Source: an uncultured Solirubrobacterales bacterium
Lineage (GTDB): Bacteria > Actinomycetota > Thermoleophilia > Solirubrobacterales > Solirubrobacteraceae
Reading direction: 5' to 3'
DNA: 64,000 nt
Assembly: GCA_963738195.1 (NCBI GenBank)
Contig: CAVTVF010000002.1
Span: 1,926,992-1,990,991, forward strand
The notes under the pieces were generated by a model that made no database searches, had not been told where the DNA came from, and saw only the letters and a program-made list of their open reading frames with translations. The translations under genes were made by a program, and so were the position numbers. Positions 1-9,597 of the stretch are shown here, in pieces; the first letter of the stretch is position 1; the number at the start of each line of letters is the position of its first letter.

Positions 1-627
1 AAGGCGAGCCCAATCTGCTCGCCGAACATGCCCAGAGCATCGATCGGGCCATCGCCCTCGAGCGCGCCGAGCTCGCATGCGGCGCGAAACAGGACCGCCG
101 TCTTCAGCCGGCATCGATCGAGGTAGCGCGCGACGGTCACATCCCCCCGCCATGCATCGGCCCGTTGCATCAGCTCTCCCAGGGCGAGCTCGGAGCTCGC
201 GCGCGAGAGCACCCGCACGGCAGCCACCGAGCGCGCCATGCGCTAGCTCCGCGAAGGCGCGCGAGAAAAGCAGGTCGCCCGTGGCAGTCGCCATTCGCCG
301 TCCGCCGGCGGCCACCACAGTCGGGCGTCCGCGGCGCAGGGCGGAGGCGTCGAGCACGTCATCGTGGACGAGGGTGGCGGCGTGGACCAATTCGACCGCA
401 ACGCCGGCGAAGACGAGACTGTCGGACTCGGGTGGCGGCACGCCGGCGGCGAGGCACACCAGCAACGGCCTCAGGCGCTTGCCGCCGGCGGCGATTGTCT
501 CTCCCGCATGACGTGCGAGCGCGGCACCGTGGTCGACGCTGACCTCGGCCATGCGCCGCTCGACCCGCTCCATGACCCGGGGAACACTCGCGCCCGCGGC
601 ATCAAGCACCGCATCAACGGCCCTCAT
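1..627 (-). CDS. Polyprenyl diphosphate synthase (HepT/IspB-like), runs off the window start
   Basis: Hand translation from ATG at 627 (overlaps the menG stop): GGKRLRPLL...ELVHAATLVHDDVLD...RRGRPT...GDLL, including the first aspartate-rich motif. Not in the ORF track because it is truncated. Confidence 0.93.
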   Translation of the reverse strand, partial: MRAVDAVLDAAGASVPRVMERVERRMAEVSVDHGAALARHAGETIAAGGKRLRPLLVCLAAGVPPPESDSLVFAGVAVELVHAATLVHDDVLDASALRRGRPTVVAAGGRRMATATGDLLFSRAFAELAHGALGGCRAGALARELRARPGRADATGRCMAGGCDRRALPRSMPAEDGGPVSRRMRARRARGRWPDRCSGHVRRADWARL

Positions 628-1386
628 GCGCCCAGCTCCGTACGGTCGCGCACCACTCCCACGTGCAGCGCGACGATACCGCCGCCCGTCAGGATGTAGC
701 GCACCTCCTCAAGGCCGCTGCGCCACATCGCGGCCGCGAGGGCCCGGGGCCCCGGGAAGCGCCTGACGGAGGACGGCAGGTAGCGGTAAGCCTGAGCGTC
801 CCCAGCGACGCGCCCTAGCAGCGGAACCACGCGGTCGAACCATAGCTCGAAAAACGTCGACAGCGGCAGGCGCTGGGGCGTCGTGATTTCGAGCACGACA
901 ACCCGGCCCCCGGGACGTACGACCCGCGCCATCTCGCTCAGGCCGCGGTCGAGATCGGCAAAGTTGCGGGCACCAAAGGCGACGGTGGCCGCGTCGAAGG
1001 TCCCCTCGGAGAAGGGCAGCTCGAGCGCATTTGCGACTTCGAAGCGCACGCTCGGGCCGGCGCCCGCGCGACGCTCCGCCTTGGCCCGCGCCAGCTCCAG
1101 CATCTGCTCGGAGAAGTCGATACCCACCACCTCGCCGCCTGGGCCGATGCGCCGCGCGAGCTCGAGCGCCAGATCGCCGGTGCCGGTCGCGACATCCAGA
1201 ACGCTGTTTCCGGAGGACACGTCCGCCAGGTCGGCCGCGCGCCGGCGCCAGCTGCGATCGAGGCCAGCGCTCATCACTGCGTTCATGCGGTCGTAGAGGC
1301 CGCGCGATGCGGTCGAACATGGCCCGCACTTGAGCTTCCTCAAGGCGGCCGGGCGAAGCCGACGGCGCGTCCGCCGGGGCCACCAC
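624..1386 (-). CDS. menG: Demethylmenaquinone methyltransferase (UbiE/MenG), apparent frameshift near 1300
   Basis: N-terminal QVRAMFDRIA is in ORF 709..1386; YDRMNAVMS...VLDVATGTGD...FGARN...RVVRPGG is in ORF 624..1343. Confidence 0.9.
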
Positions 1387-2123
1387 TAGTGCAGCAGCGC
1401 GAGGAAGGAGACCAGGGTGTTGAACTTCTGCGGGCTCTGCTGCTGTAGGACTCTGAAGGAGGGCATCGGCGGCGTCGGGTTGAGCAGCGTGGAGGCGAGC
1501 TGGAAGTAAGGCACCTTGCTGGCGATATGCGTCAGCACCGGTCCGGGGCCGTTGTTGCCGTTGTCACCGATCTGGTGGCAGGCGAGGCAGCCTGACTGGC
1601 CGACGACGACCTCGCCCGCGGAGAACGTCTTCTTCTCCTGGGCGGTGAAGCTCGACGGCGGCTTGAGCTCGACGGTGTTGGGCGAGCCGGTGTTGGCGCC
1701 GGAGTAGGTCAGGAATGCGATCGCGCCGATCACGAAAATCGCCGTCGCCAGAGCGATCGGGCGGCGCTCGATCCGCCGCTCTGGGCTGCGGTCGTAGAAC
1801 GGCAGCAGGAACAGCAGGATCATGCAGATCGTGGGTACGCCGATCGTCGCCATGGGCGTGAACTTCGGCACCTTGCGCATCACGCGCAGGACCTCGAACA
1901 GGAAGAAGAAGTACCAGTCCGGCCGCGGCACGTAGGTCGTCGAGACCGGGTTGGCCTTCGGCCCGAGCTCCGCGCCGAAGAACAGCGACAGAAAGATGAT
2001 CACGAGCATCACGATCAACGCCATGACCGAGTCCTTGGCCACGGCGTAGGGGAAGAACGGCTTGCCCTCGTTCTTCAGCGTCGAGTACTCGCGGAGGTAG
2101 GCCTCCTTCTCGGCCTGATTCAT
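1386..2123 (-). CDS. qcrC: Cytochrome b subunit IV fused to a monoheme cytochrome c (Bacillus QcrC-like)
   Basis: GKPFFP, PDWYFFFLF (PEWY-type motif), TM helices, CLACH heme-c motif, distal Met in MPSF. Confidence 0.88.
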   Translation of the reverse strand: MNQAEKEAYLREYSTLKNEGKPFFPYAVAKDSVMALIVMLVIIFLSLFFGAELGPKANPVSTTYVPRPDWYFFFLFEVLRVMRKVPKFTPMATIGVPTICMILLFLLPFYDRSPERRIERRPIALATAIFVIGAIAFLTYSGANTGSPNTVELKPPSSFTAQEKKTFSAGEVVVGQSGCLACHQIGDNGNNGPGPVLTHIASKVPYFQLASTLLNPTPPMPSFRVLQQQSPQKFNTLVSFLALLH

Positions 2124-2181
2124 CGCTCGTCCCCAAGGCCCGCGTCACGGCGGCGCGGACAGACTCGCCGGCGCACCTGCC

Positions 2182-2981
2182 TCACACCTCCGACTCGGGC
2201 CGCACCGGATTGCCCGGCTCCGCCTTCAGCCACGGCGGCGCCGTGATGCCGAGCTTCGTGACGAGGTAGAGGTGCGCGCCGATCAGCGCGATGATCGCGC
2301 CCGGGATCAGCAGCATGTGGATCGCGTAGAAGCGCGACAGCGTGGTCGCGCCGAAGTCGGCCCCCCCGAGCAGGAAGTTCGACAGGTAGGGTCCGACGAA
2401 GGGACCGCCCGCGTTGATGTTCACGCCCACAATCGTGGCCCAGTAGGCCCGCTGATCGAGCGGTAGGAGATATCCCGTGAAGCCCATCGCCAGCGTGAGG
2501 ATGAGCAGCACGACGCCGATGATCCAGGTCAGCTCGCGCGGGTACTTGTAGGCGCCGAAGAAGAACACCCGCCCCATGTGCAGGAAGATCAAGATGATCA
2601 TCACGGAGGCGCCCCACTTGTGCATGCCGCGTACGAACTGGCCCAGGAAGGCGTCGGTGGTGATGTAGCGGACCGACTCGTAGGCCCCCCCGAGGCGTCG
2701 GGCCGGTAGTACATGGCGAGGAATACGCCCGTCACCGCCTGGTTGAGGAACGCGAACAGCGTTGCCGAGCCGAGCGTGTAGTACCAGTTGATGCCCCGCG
2801 GAACCTTGCGGAACAGCATCCAGCGCAGAGTGCCCGACAGGGATGTGCGCTCATCGAGCCAGTCGACGACGGTGATGCCGGCCTCGACGGGGTCCAGCAG
2901 CGGGTCAGCGTTGTTCTCTCCGGGCCGCTTGGGCCGCGGCTGCAAGATCTTCGGCAGTGGGGGGGCGGGAAGGCGTGGCAT
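2182..2981 (-). CDS. qcrB: Cytochrome b6-type N-terminal subunit, apparent frameshift in the C7 run at 2685-2691
   Basis: NWYYTLGS...TGVFLAMYY in ORF 2601..2981; MHKWGAS..HMGR..PRELTW..GFTGYLLP..RFYAIH in ORF 2182..2625. One extra G restores ASGGAYESVRYI. Confidence 0.9.
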
Positions 2982-2987
2982 CGACCG

Positions 2988-3701
2988 CTAGCTTCCGGAC
3001 GGGTGCGTGGGCTGCGCGAACTGGCGCGGATACAGGTACTGCCCGATCCCGTCCAGCGGCTCGCCGGGGTAGCGCGGAGAGAATCGCCGCAGCTCGGAAT
3101 TGACCGAGTAGCGTGGGCCGACCTCGACCAGTCCGGTCGCTGAATTGAGACGGGTGTAGAAGCGATCGAGCGGCCGCACGGGCGGCCCGCCGGTGACCAT
3201 CCCGCGGACGTCGTACACGCCGCCGTGGCAGGGGCAGATGAAGCGTTGGGCCGGGAACGTCCAGCGCACGGGGCAGCCGAGGTGCATGCAGCGCGACGAG
3301 AGCGCGATCCAGCGGTTGTATTGGTCCTCGGGCTCGGTATCGATCGACGGGATCCGGGCGCGGACGTAGGCGAGCGTGTTGTTGACCTCGCCCGCCGCTC
3401 CCAGTGAACCTTGCTGGATCTGAATCACGCGCGTGGCGAAGCTCGCGTCTCCACTGACGAGCTTGTCGGGAAAGTCAGAAGGAGGACCGATCGGCTGCCA
3501 GGTCCATTTCTCGGACTGGAAGACCGGGCCGATTGCGAAAGCGAGCGCGGGGAGCGTGAAGGCCGCTGCCGTGAGGCCCCCCGCGCCATGCACGACCGCG
3601 CTCATGAATCGACGCCGAGTAACAGTCTCGCCCTCGAATGCGCCCGGGATGTTGCGCTCGGCGGTGTACTTGGACTTCTGCTGTTTGTGACGGTCGGGCA
3701 A
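2988..3701 (-). CDS. qcrA: Rieske iron-sulfur subunit of menaquinol:cytochrome c reductase
   Basis: Tat-like TRRRFM, CMHLGC and CPCHGG boxes, GPPVRPL. Confidence 0.93.
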   Translation of the reverse strand: MPDRHKQQKSKYTAERNIPGAFEGETVTRRRFMSAVVHGAGGLTAAAFTLPALAFAIGPVFQSEKWTWQPIGPPSDFPDKLVSGDASFATRVIQIQQGSLGAAGEVNNTLAYVRARIPSIDTEPEDQYNRWIALSSRCMHLGCPVRWTFPAQRFICPCHGGVYDVRGMVTGGPPVRPLDRFYTRLNSATGLVEVGPRYSVNSELRRFSPRYPGEPLDGIGQYLYPRQFAQPTHPSGS

Positions 3702-3802
3702 GTCGGTTTCTCAGATACGACGGCGGCTGAGGGGGCGCCGGGCGGCGCGTTTAGCGGAGATTGAACGCCCACTGAAGCGTATCGTCAACAACGCGCCAAG
3801 AG

Positions 3803-4339
3803 TCACGAGCGGACCGCTCGCGCGCCGCACGTCCTCATCACCGAGAGAGCGCGCGGGTCGCCGGCCCGCGCTAGCTGCTTGGCCTCCTCGTAGTGGTCGC
3901 CGCCGCCCCAGCCGACGGTGGTGACACCGGCCTCCCAGACCGCCTCGGCCAGCTCGCGATCGCCTCCGGCGTGGGCCTGGGCCAGGAGCGAGATCACATC
4001 AGCGAGCTCCGCCACAGCCTCGATATCTCCCAGCCCCGCCAGGCGCTCGAGTCCCAGCGCGTACAGCTGGTCGCCGACGAGCAGCGCGAGATCTGGGTCC
4101 TCGGTTCGCACCAGTCGCGGAGGTCCGTAGTGCAGGCGGACGCCCTCGAGAATCATCTCGAGCAGCAGCTCGTATTCGCGCGGCGCGGGGGCCGCCCGCG
4201 GCCCGCCGGCCGCGATCTGAGCGGGGCCCGGCCTTCCGTCGCTCTCCGATCCGTTCTCGTCGACCAGCTCGGCCACCGTCCCGCCGTGGGCGCGGAGCGA
4301 CACGGCCAGCGACCTCATGCCGTCGCCGGCGGTCCTCAC
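3803..4339 (-). CDS. Hypothetical protein with a degenerate prenyltransferase-like segment (possible HepS-like small subunit)
   Basis: Start overlaps the hemL stop; LALLVGDQLYALGLERLA resembles the A(I/V)LxGDxL helix of trans-prenyltransferases; no DDxxD. Confidence 0.55.
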   Translation of the reverse strand: MRTAGDGMRSLAVSLRAHGGTVAELVDENGSESDGRPGPAQIAAGGPRAAPAPREYELLLEMILEGVRLHYGPPRLVRTEDPDLALLVGDQLYALGLERLAGLGDIEAVAELADVISLLAQAHAGGDRELAEAVWEAGVTTVGWGGGDHYEEAKQLARAGDPRALSVMRTCGARAVRS

Positions 4340-5622
4340 CGGGCCGCCACCGCATCGAGCGCCGCGTGGACCGCATCGAGCGTCAGCTCGATGTCGTCTG
4401 GCGTGTGAGCGAGCGACGGGAACCAGGCCTCGAATTGCGATGGCGGTGGATACACGCCGCGCTCAAGGAGGGTCCGCGCGAACACTGCGTAGGCGTCGAG
4501 GTCCGAGCCGGCAGCGGCGGCATAGTCCGATACCGGGCGCTCCGTGAAGAATGGTGTCACGAGCCCGGGAACGCTCTGGACCGTGAGCGGCATCCCCGTG
4601 CCGGCAGCAGCCCGGCGCAGGCCGCCGGCGAGGGCCTCGGTGGTGGCCGCGAGCTCCTCGTAAGCGTCGTCGTCCAGCTGCCTTAGGGTCGCGATCGCCG
4701 CGGCGGTCGCGAGCGGGTTACCGGACAGCGTTCCCGCCTGATAAACGTCGCCGGCGGGCGCAATCCGTTCCATCAGCTCCTGCCGGCCGCCGAAGGCGGC
4801 AGCGGGCAGGCCGCCGCCGATCACCTTGCCCATGATCGTCAGGTCGGGCATGACACCGAAGTACTCCTGGGCGCCGCCGCGCGCGACGCGGAAACCCGTG
4901 ATCACCTCGTCGAAGATGAGCAGCGCTCCGTGCTCGGCGGCTTCGCGTCGCAACAGCTCGAGAAAACCCGGCGCCGGTGGGACGACGCCCATGTTCGCCG
5001 GGATCGGCTCGACCAGAATCGCCGCGATATCGCGGATGTCGGGCAGCGCCTCGGGACGGTTCCAGGGAACCACTACCGTGGCCGCGGCGGCCGCCGCGGG
5101 CACGCCGGGGCTGGTCGGGATCCCCTGTGTCGCCAGTCCCGACCCCGCCTCACTCAGCAGCCCGTCGACATGTCCGTGATATGCGCCAGAGAACTTGAGC
5201 ACCTTCTCGCGCCCGGTCACGGCGCGGGCGAGGCGCAGGGCGCTCATGGTCGCTTCGGTACCCGATGAAGTCATCCGCAGCATCTCCACCGAGGGGACGC
5301 GACCGCTCACCTCCCAGGCCAGCTCGACCTCCGCGGCGGTCGGTGCCCCGAACGTGGTCCCCCGCGTGGCCGCGTCCGTCACGGCTGCGATCACCCCCGG
5401 GTTGGCGTGGCCGAGAATGAGCGGCCCCCACGAGCACATCCAATCGATGTATTCGTTGCCGTCCACGTCCCAGATGCGCGACCCCGCCCCCCGCTCGATG
5501 AAGATCGGCTCACGCCCGATCGCAGCCATGGCGCGCACCGGCGAGTTGACCCCGCCGGGCATGAGCTCGCGCGCGCGGGCGTAGCGCTCGTCTGAGCGAG
5601 TGGTGGCCGCCCGCGCGCTCAC
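4336..5622 (-). CDS. hemL: Glutamate-1-semialdehyde 2,1-aminomutase
   Basis: PGGVNSPVRA, SGTEATMSA, FDEVITGFR, MGKVIGGGLP, YQAGTLSGNP. GTG start at 5622 overlaps the upstream stop. Confidence 0.96.
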   Translation of the reverse strand: MSARAATTRSDERYARARELMPGGVNSPVRAMAAIGREPIFIERGAGSRIWDVDGNEYIDWMCSWGPLILGHANPGVIAAVTDAATRGTTFGAPTAAEVELAWEVSGRVPSVEMLRMTSSGTEATMSALRLARAVTGREKVLKFSGAYHGHVDGLLSEAGSGLATQGIPTSPGVPAAAAAATVVVPWNRPEALPDIRDIAAILVEPIPANMGVVPPAPGFLELLRREAAEHGALLIFDEVITGFRVARGGAQEYFGVMPDLTIMGKVIGGGLPAAAFGGRQELMERIAPAGDVYQAGTLSGNPLATAAAIATLRQLDDDAYEELAATTEALAGGLRRAAAGTGMPLTVQSVPGLVTPFFTERPVSDYAAAAGSDLDAYAVFARTLLERGVYPPPSQFEAWFPSLAHTPDDIELTLDAVHAALDAVAAR

Positions 5623-6722
5623 ACGCCCGCGTGCCGGCGTTCCCAGTCCCGGTACTCGTCGGTGAAATACAGCAGGCGGATCTTCTTGAACTCCGTCGAG
5701 GAGTAGAGCGTCGCCCGCTCTTCGATGCCGGTGTCGGCTGCGATCGCGTCGAGGATCGCGTCGCACTCCTCCTTCGAGCGGCCGTGGGCCATCGTGAAGA
5801 CCGAGTACGGCCAGTCCGCGTAGGTGGGGCGCTGATAGCAATGCGAGATGCCGCGGAACGCCGCCATGCGCGGGCCGAGCTCCATCACCCGCTGCTCGGG
5901 CACCTTCCACACGCCCATGCCATTGGCGCTGAAGCCGGCGCGGCGGTGAAAGAGGATCGCTGCCACGCGGCGCAGCAGCCGCCGCTCGCGCATCGCCTCG
6001 AGATGATCCAGGAGCTCGTGTTGCGCGATCCCCAGCTCGGCGGCGGCGGGAGCGTAGGGCTCGGGTACCACGGGCATGTCGCCCTGGAGCGCCCGGATGA
6101 CGGCGATATCGAACTCGTCATACGCCTGCGGCTGGGTCTCGGCGGGCGGCGCAGCTGCGGCCGCCTGGGCCAGGGCCTCCGTGCCGCGCTCCATCTCGAG
6201 ATCCATCCTGATCTTGAACAGCTTGAGCGTCGGCAGCTGACGAATCGACTCGGCGCCTGCGAGCTCCCCGAGGACCGACAGCGTGCGATCGAGGCCGAGG
6301 GGCGAATCGGGCTCGGTCGCGATCGTGAACCAGATGTTGAACTCGTGGTTGCGCAGGTAGTTGTGGGAGACACCCGGGTGTTCGTTGATCACGTTGGCCG
6401 CCCGCCACGGGTTGTCCGGGTCGACCTTGGCCGCGACCAGCATCGAGGAATAGCCGAGCGCCCGCGTGTCGAAGATCGGCGTGACCTGCCGGATGATCCG
6501 GTCTTCAAGCAATTCCCTCACGCGGGTGATCGCCTGCTCCTCGGTGATGCCGGCCTCGGCCGCCACGTGCTGATAGGGCCGTGGAGCGATTGGAAAGGCG
6601 CTCTGCATTAGGTTGAGCAGACGCTTGTCGAGTTCGTCGAGCGCGACCGCGGCGCCGAACTTGCGACTGCGAAGCTTGGGACCGTGAGGCCGCGACGCCG
6701 CGGCCCGCTCTAGCGGAGCCAT
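5619..6722 (-). CDS. ahbAB: Fused siroheme decarboxylase AhbA/AhbB (NirDL/NirGH family, Lrp/AsnC-like fold)
   Basis: Two tandem units: FPIAPRPY...[16 protein letters not shown] and MPVVPEPY...HRRAGFSAN...ISHCYQRP...YSVFTMAHG...EFKK. Lies between hemB and hemL. Confidence 0.88.
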   Translation of the reverse strand: MAPLERAAASRPHGPKLRSRKFGAAVALDELDKRLLNLMQSAFPIAPRPYQHVAAEAGITEEQAITRVRELLEDRIIRQVTPIFDTRALGYSSMLVAAKVDPDNPWRAANVINEHPGVSHNYLRNHEFNIWFTIATEPDSPLGLDRTLSVLGELAGAESIRQLPTLKLFKIRMDLEMERGTEALAQAAAAAPPAETQPQAYDEFDIAVIRALQGDMPVVPEPYAPAAAELGIAQHELLDHLEAMRERRLLRRVAAILFHRRAGFSANGMGVWKVPEQRVMELGPRMAAFRGISHCYQRPTYADWPYSVFTMAHGRSKEECDAILDAIAADTGIEERATLYSSTEFKKIRLLYFTDEYRDWERRHAGV

Positions 6723-7684
6723 GCTGCCGCGTCCTTGGCGTGGTAGGAGATGACGATGTCGGCGCCCGCACGGCGGATGCCGGTCAGGGCCTCGAGAACC
6801 GCGGCTCGCTCGTCGAGATACCCGGCCGCGGCGGCCGCCTTCACCATCGCGTACTCACCGCTGACGTTGTAGGCCGCCACGGGCAACTCGGTCTGCTGGC
6901 GCAGCATGCGGATCACGTCGAGATAGGGGAGCGCCGGCTTCACCATCACGATGTCGGCGCCCTCCTCGATGTCGAGTCGCGCCTCGCGCAGCGCCTCGCG
7001 CCCGTTGGCGGGATCCATCTGGTAGCTGCGCCGGTCGCCGTAGGACGGCGTCGAATCGGCGGCCTCACGGAACGGCCCGTAGAAGGCCGATGCGAACTTG
7101 GCCGAGTAGGCGAGGATCGGGATCTCGCCCTGCCCATGCTCATCGAGCGCTTGGCGGATCACGCCGACGCGACCGTCCATCATGTCGCTGGGGGCGATGA
7201 TGTCGGCCCCCGCGTGCGCCTGCGAGACGGCGGTTCTGGCGAGCAGCTCGAGCGTGGCGTCGTTGTCCACCCGGCCGTCCTCACGCACGACCCCGCAGTG
7301 TCCGTGACTCGTGTACTCGCACAAGCAAAGGTCAACGACCACGACCAGATCAGGCAGCTGCTCCTTGATCGCCCGGGTCGCCAGCTGCACGACGCCTTCG
7401 TCATCCCAGGCGCCCGAGCCTTCCTCGTCCTTGGCCGCGGGGATCCCGAACAGCAGCACGGCCGGAATCCCGAGCGCGGCTGCCTCGGCCGCCTCGGCCA
7501 CTGCGTGCCGGATTGAGAGCCGGTCGATGCCCGGCATCGAGGGAATCGGCTCGCGCCGATCAGACCCGTGCGCGACGAACAGGGGGTAGACGAGGTCGGC
7601 CGCCTCGAGCGTCGTCTCACGGACCAGCCCGCGCAGCTCGCGCGTCGTGCGCAACCGGCGCAGTCTGGTCTGCGGAAAAGCCAT
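6710..7684 (-). CDS. hemB: Porphobilinogen synthase
   Basis: [20 protein letters not shown] (Zn-binding), [28 protein letters not shown]. Confidence 0.97.
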   Translation of the reverse strand: MAFPQTRLRRLRTTRELRGLVRETTLEAADLVYPLFVAHGSDRREPIPSMPGIDRLSIRHAVAEAAEAAALGIPAVLLFGIPAAKDEEGSGAWDDEGVVQLATRAIKEQLPDLVVVVDLCLCEYTSHGHCGVVREDGRVDNDATLELLARTAVSQAHAGADIIAPSDMMDGRVGVIRQALDEHGQGEIPILAYSAKFASAFYGPFREAADSTPSYGDRRSYQMDPANGREALREARLDIEEGADIVMVKPALPYLDVIRMLRQQTELPVAAYNVSGEYAMVKAAAAAGYLDERAAVLEALTGIRRAGADIVISYHAKDAAAWLR

Positions 7685-7827
7685 CAAGGTCGAGAATACC
7701 GGCGCGTTTGGGCTCGCAAGGATTGGCCATCGCGGAGCGCGGAGCCACGCCTTGGCGTGGCTTCTGGCCAGCCCCCCAAAGTGCGTCGCCCGGACGGTGT
7801 CGGAAAACGTCCTCTGAGCGGGCGTTT

Positions 7828-7931
7828 CTCTCCCACCCTCAGCGCCGCCCCCGCCTCTCCCACCCTCAGCGCCGCCCCCGCCTCTCCCACCCTCAGCGCC
7901 GCCCGCGGCTCAAACCACCCTCAGCGCCGCC
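7828..7931. repeat. Tandem 27-bp repeat: two exact units plus two partial; core CCACCCTCAGCGCCGCC occurs four times
   Basis: CTCTCCCACCCTCAGCGCCGCCCCCGC at 7828-7854 and 7855-7881, degenerate copies at 7882 and about 7915; intergenic between yciI and hemB. Confidence 0.9.
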
Positions 7932-7936
7932 AACCC

Positions 7937-8218
7937 CTACACCAGACTCCACCTCTCGACCCGCCACCGGGTCACCAGCCCCGCCAGTACATAGGGATCC
8001 GCGCGAACGAACTCTTCGACGAAACCAGGAGAAACCCCGCGGAAGACGATCGCGGCGCCCGCCGGCGGGTCGCCCAGCGCCCCCGCCATCACCACCCTGC
8101 CCGCCTCCTGCTCGGCCGCGATCCGCGCCAGGTGATCGGAGCGGTAGGGCCCCCGCCGCGAGCCCATGTCCTCGACGTAGTCGTAGAGAAGCAGGAGGTG
8201 GCCCACATCCCCGCTCAC
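7937..8218 (-). CDS. YciI family protein
   Basis: LLYDYVED..RR.PYRSDHL...GAL...DPYV..GLV; GTG start overlaps the permease stop. Confidence 0.85.
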   Translation of the reverse strand: MSGDVGHLLLLYDYVEDMGSRRGPYRSDHLARIAAEQEAGRVVMAGALGDPPAGAAIVFRGVSPGFVEEFVRADPYVLAGLVTRWRVERWSLV

Positions 8219-9570
8219 GTGGCCAGCCTCCGCGCCGCGAGCCGCGCGAGCACTCCGAACACCGCGGCCAGCACGGCCAGGTGCAGGAGGGGCCAGCCGA
8301 TCCCGGGCGCGCCGCCCGTGAACGCGTTGGACGCCGCCTGCAGGGCGGATTTGAACGGGAACAGGAACGCGATCACCCCGAGCACCGTGCCGACCGCTGA
8401 GGACACGGCCTGGGAGGGTACGAGCGCCACGAACGCGATTGGCAGCGAGACAAGGAACGCCATCAGCGACGCGCCGCTGACCTCGCGCGCGAGCGCGCCG
8501 ATCGCCACGCCCAGCGCCGCGAACGCGAGTGCGGCGAAGGCGAGCGCCACGACCCAGAGCTCGAAGCGCGCCCAGTTGAGATGGACGAAGATCGAGGTCA
8601 GGGCCGCCATCACGAGTGCGAGCAGCCCTGCGCATCCCGCCGCCAGCGCGATCTTCTCGATCAGCAGGCGAAGGGGCGTCACCAAGCCGCGCACGAGGCG
8701 GGTGTAGGCGTGCTCGGAGCGCTCCAGCGCCAGCATGCCCGCCGCCAGCAGGAGCGTCACGAGCATGAGCGAGAGCACCACCGCGATCGCCACCGCGTAT
8801 GAGTCGATTGGCGTCGTGCGGCCGGCCAACTGGGTCTGCTGGATGGTCAGCGGCCGGCCGATCGAGCTCAGCACGGGATTGGCGAAGCCGAGACCGCCGA
8901 TCGCAAGCCCGGCGAACGAGGCCACCTGTCCGAGCGCGAGCCGAAGTGGAGAGTTGCGCGGCAGCGAGGCGATCGCGCTGCGCACGATCGTGTTCGAGTT
9001 GCGCAATCCGAGCAGATGGAAGTCCTGGCCGCCGAAGTTGATCGAGCCACCGTTCAGCACGCGCAGCAGGTCGGTGCTGGCCAGGCGCAGCACCTGCTGG
9101 GAAATCGCCTGCTCGACCTCGCCGAGATGGGCGGCGATCGCCTGTTGCACAAACTGGCTCTCGACCGGATCGTTCGAGTTCAGAATCAACTCGACCGTCG
9201 GGGTGCCGACGCCGTTGGTGACCAGATTCTGAAGCTGGCTGATGATGTCCCCTGGGATGATCAGCGCCCCCAGCGCCTGCCCGTCGCGGACCTTGGCCAC
9301 AGCCGCCGCGCGCGAGCCCACCTTGATCGGCTGGACCGACTTGAACAGCTCCTTGGCGTACTTGGAGACGTTGATCTCCTGGCTGCCGAACTTGAGCTTG
9401 CTCTTGCCGGGAGCGATCTGGGTGTAGAAGGCGACCTTGGGCTTACCCGGAGGGCTCGAGAGAGCGAACCCGATCATGAGCGCGATCGCGATCGGGTAGA
9501 CGACCAGCAGCCCGACGAGTAGCGGCGAGCGGCGCAGGATCTGGAGGTCCTTGAGAAGCAGCCAGCGCAT
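8215..9570 (-). CDS. ABC-2 type transporter permease
   Basis: MRWLLLKDLQILRR start, one N-terminal TM, large extracellular loop, five to six C-terminal TMs; follows the ABC ATPase. Confidence 0.88.
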   Translation of the reverse strand: MRWLLLKDLQILRRSPLLVGLLVVYPIAIALMIGFALSSPPGKPKVAFYTQIAPGKSKLKFGSQEINVSKYAKELFKSVQPIKVGSRAAAVAKVRDGQALGALIIPGDIISQLQNLVTNGVGTPTVELILNSNDPVESQFVQQAIAAHLGEVEQAISQQVLRLASTDLLRVLNGGSINFGGQDFHLLGLRNSNTIVRSAIASLPRNSPLRLALGQVASFAGLAIGGLGFANPVLSSIGRPLTIQQTQLAGRTTPIDSYAVAIAVVLSLMLVTLLLAAGMLALERSEHAYTRLVRGLVTPLRLLIEKIALAAGCAGLLALVMAALTSIFVHLNWARFELWVVALAFAALAFAALGVAIGALAREVSGASLMAFLVSLPIAFVALVPSQAVSSAVGTVLGVIAFLFPFKSALQAASNAFTGGAPGIGWPLLHLAVLAAVFGVLARLAARRLAT

Positions 9571-9597
9571 CTCAGGGGAAGCCGATGCCCATCGAAT

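Noticed and set aside
2681-2700. Programmed frameshift or phase variation in qcrB
   Set aside because: A one-base loss in a G/C homopolymer is more simply an assembly error, given similar indels elsewhere.
7828-7931. Possible CRISPR array
   Set aside because: Units are head-to-tail without unique spacers, and no cas genes are present in the window.
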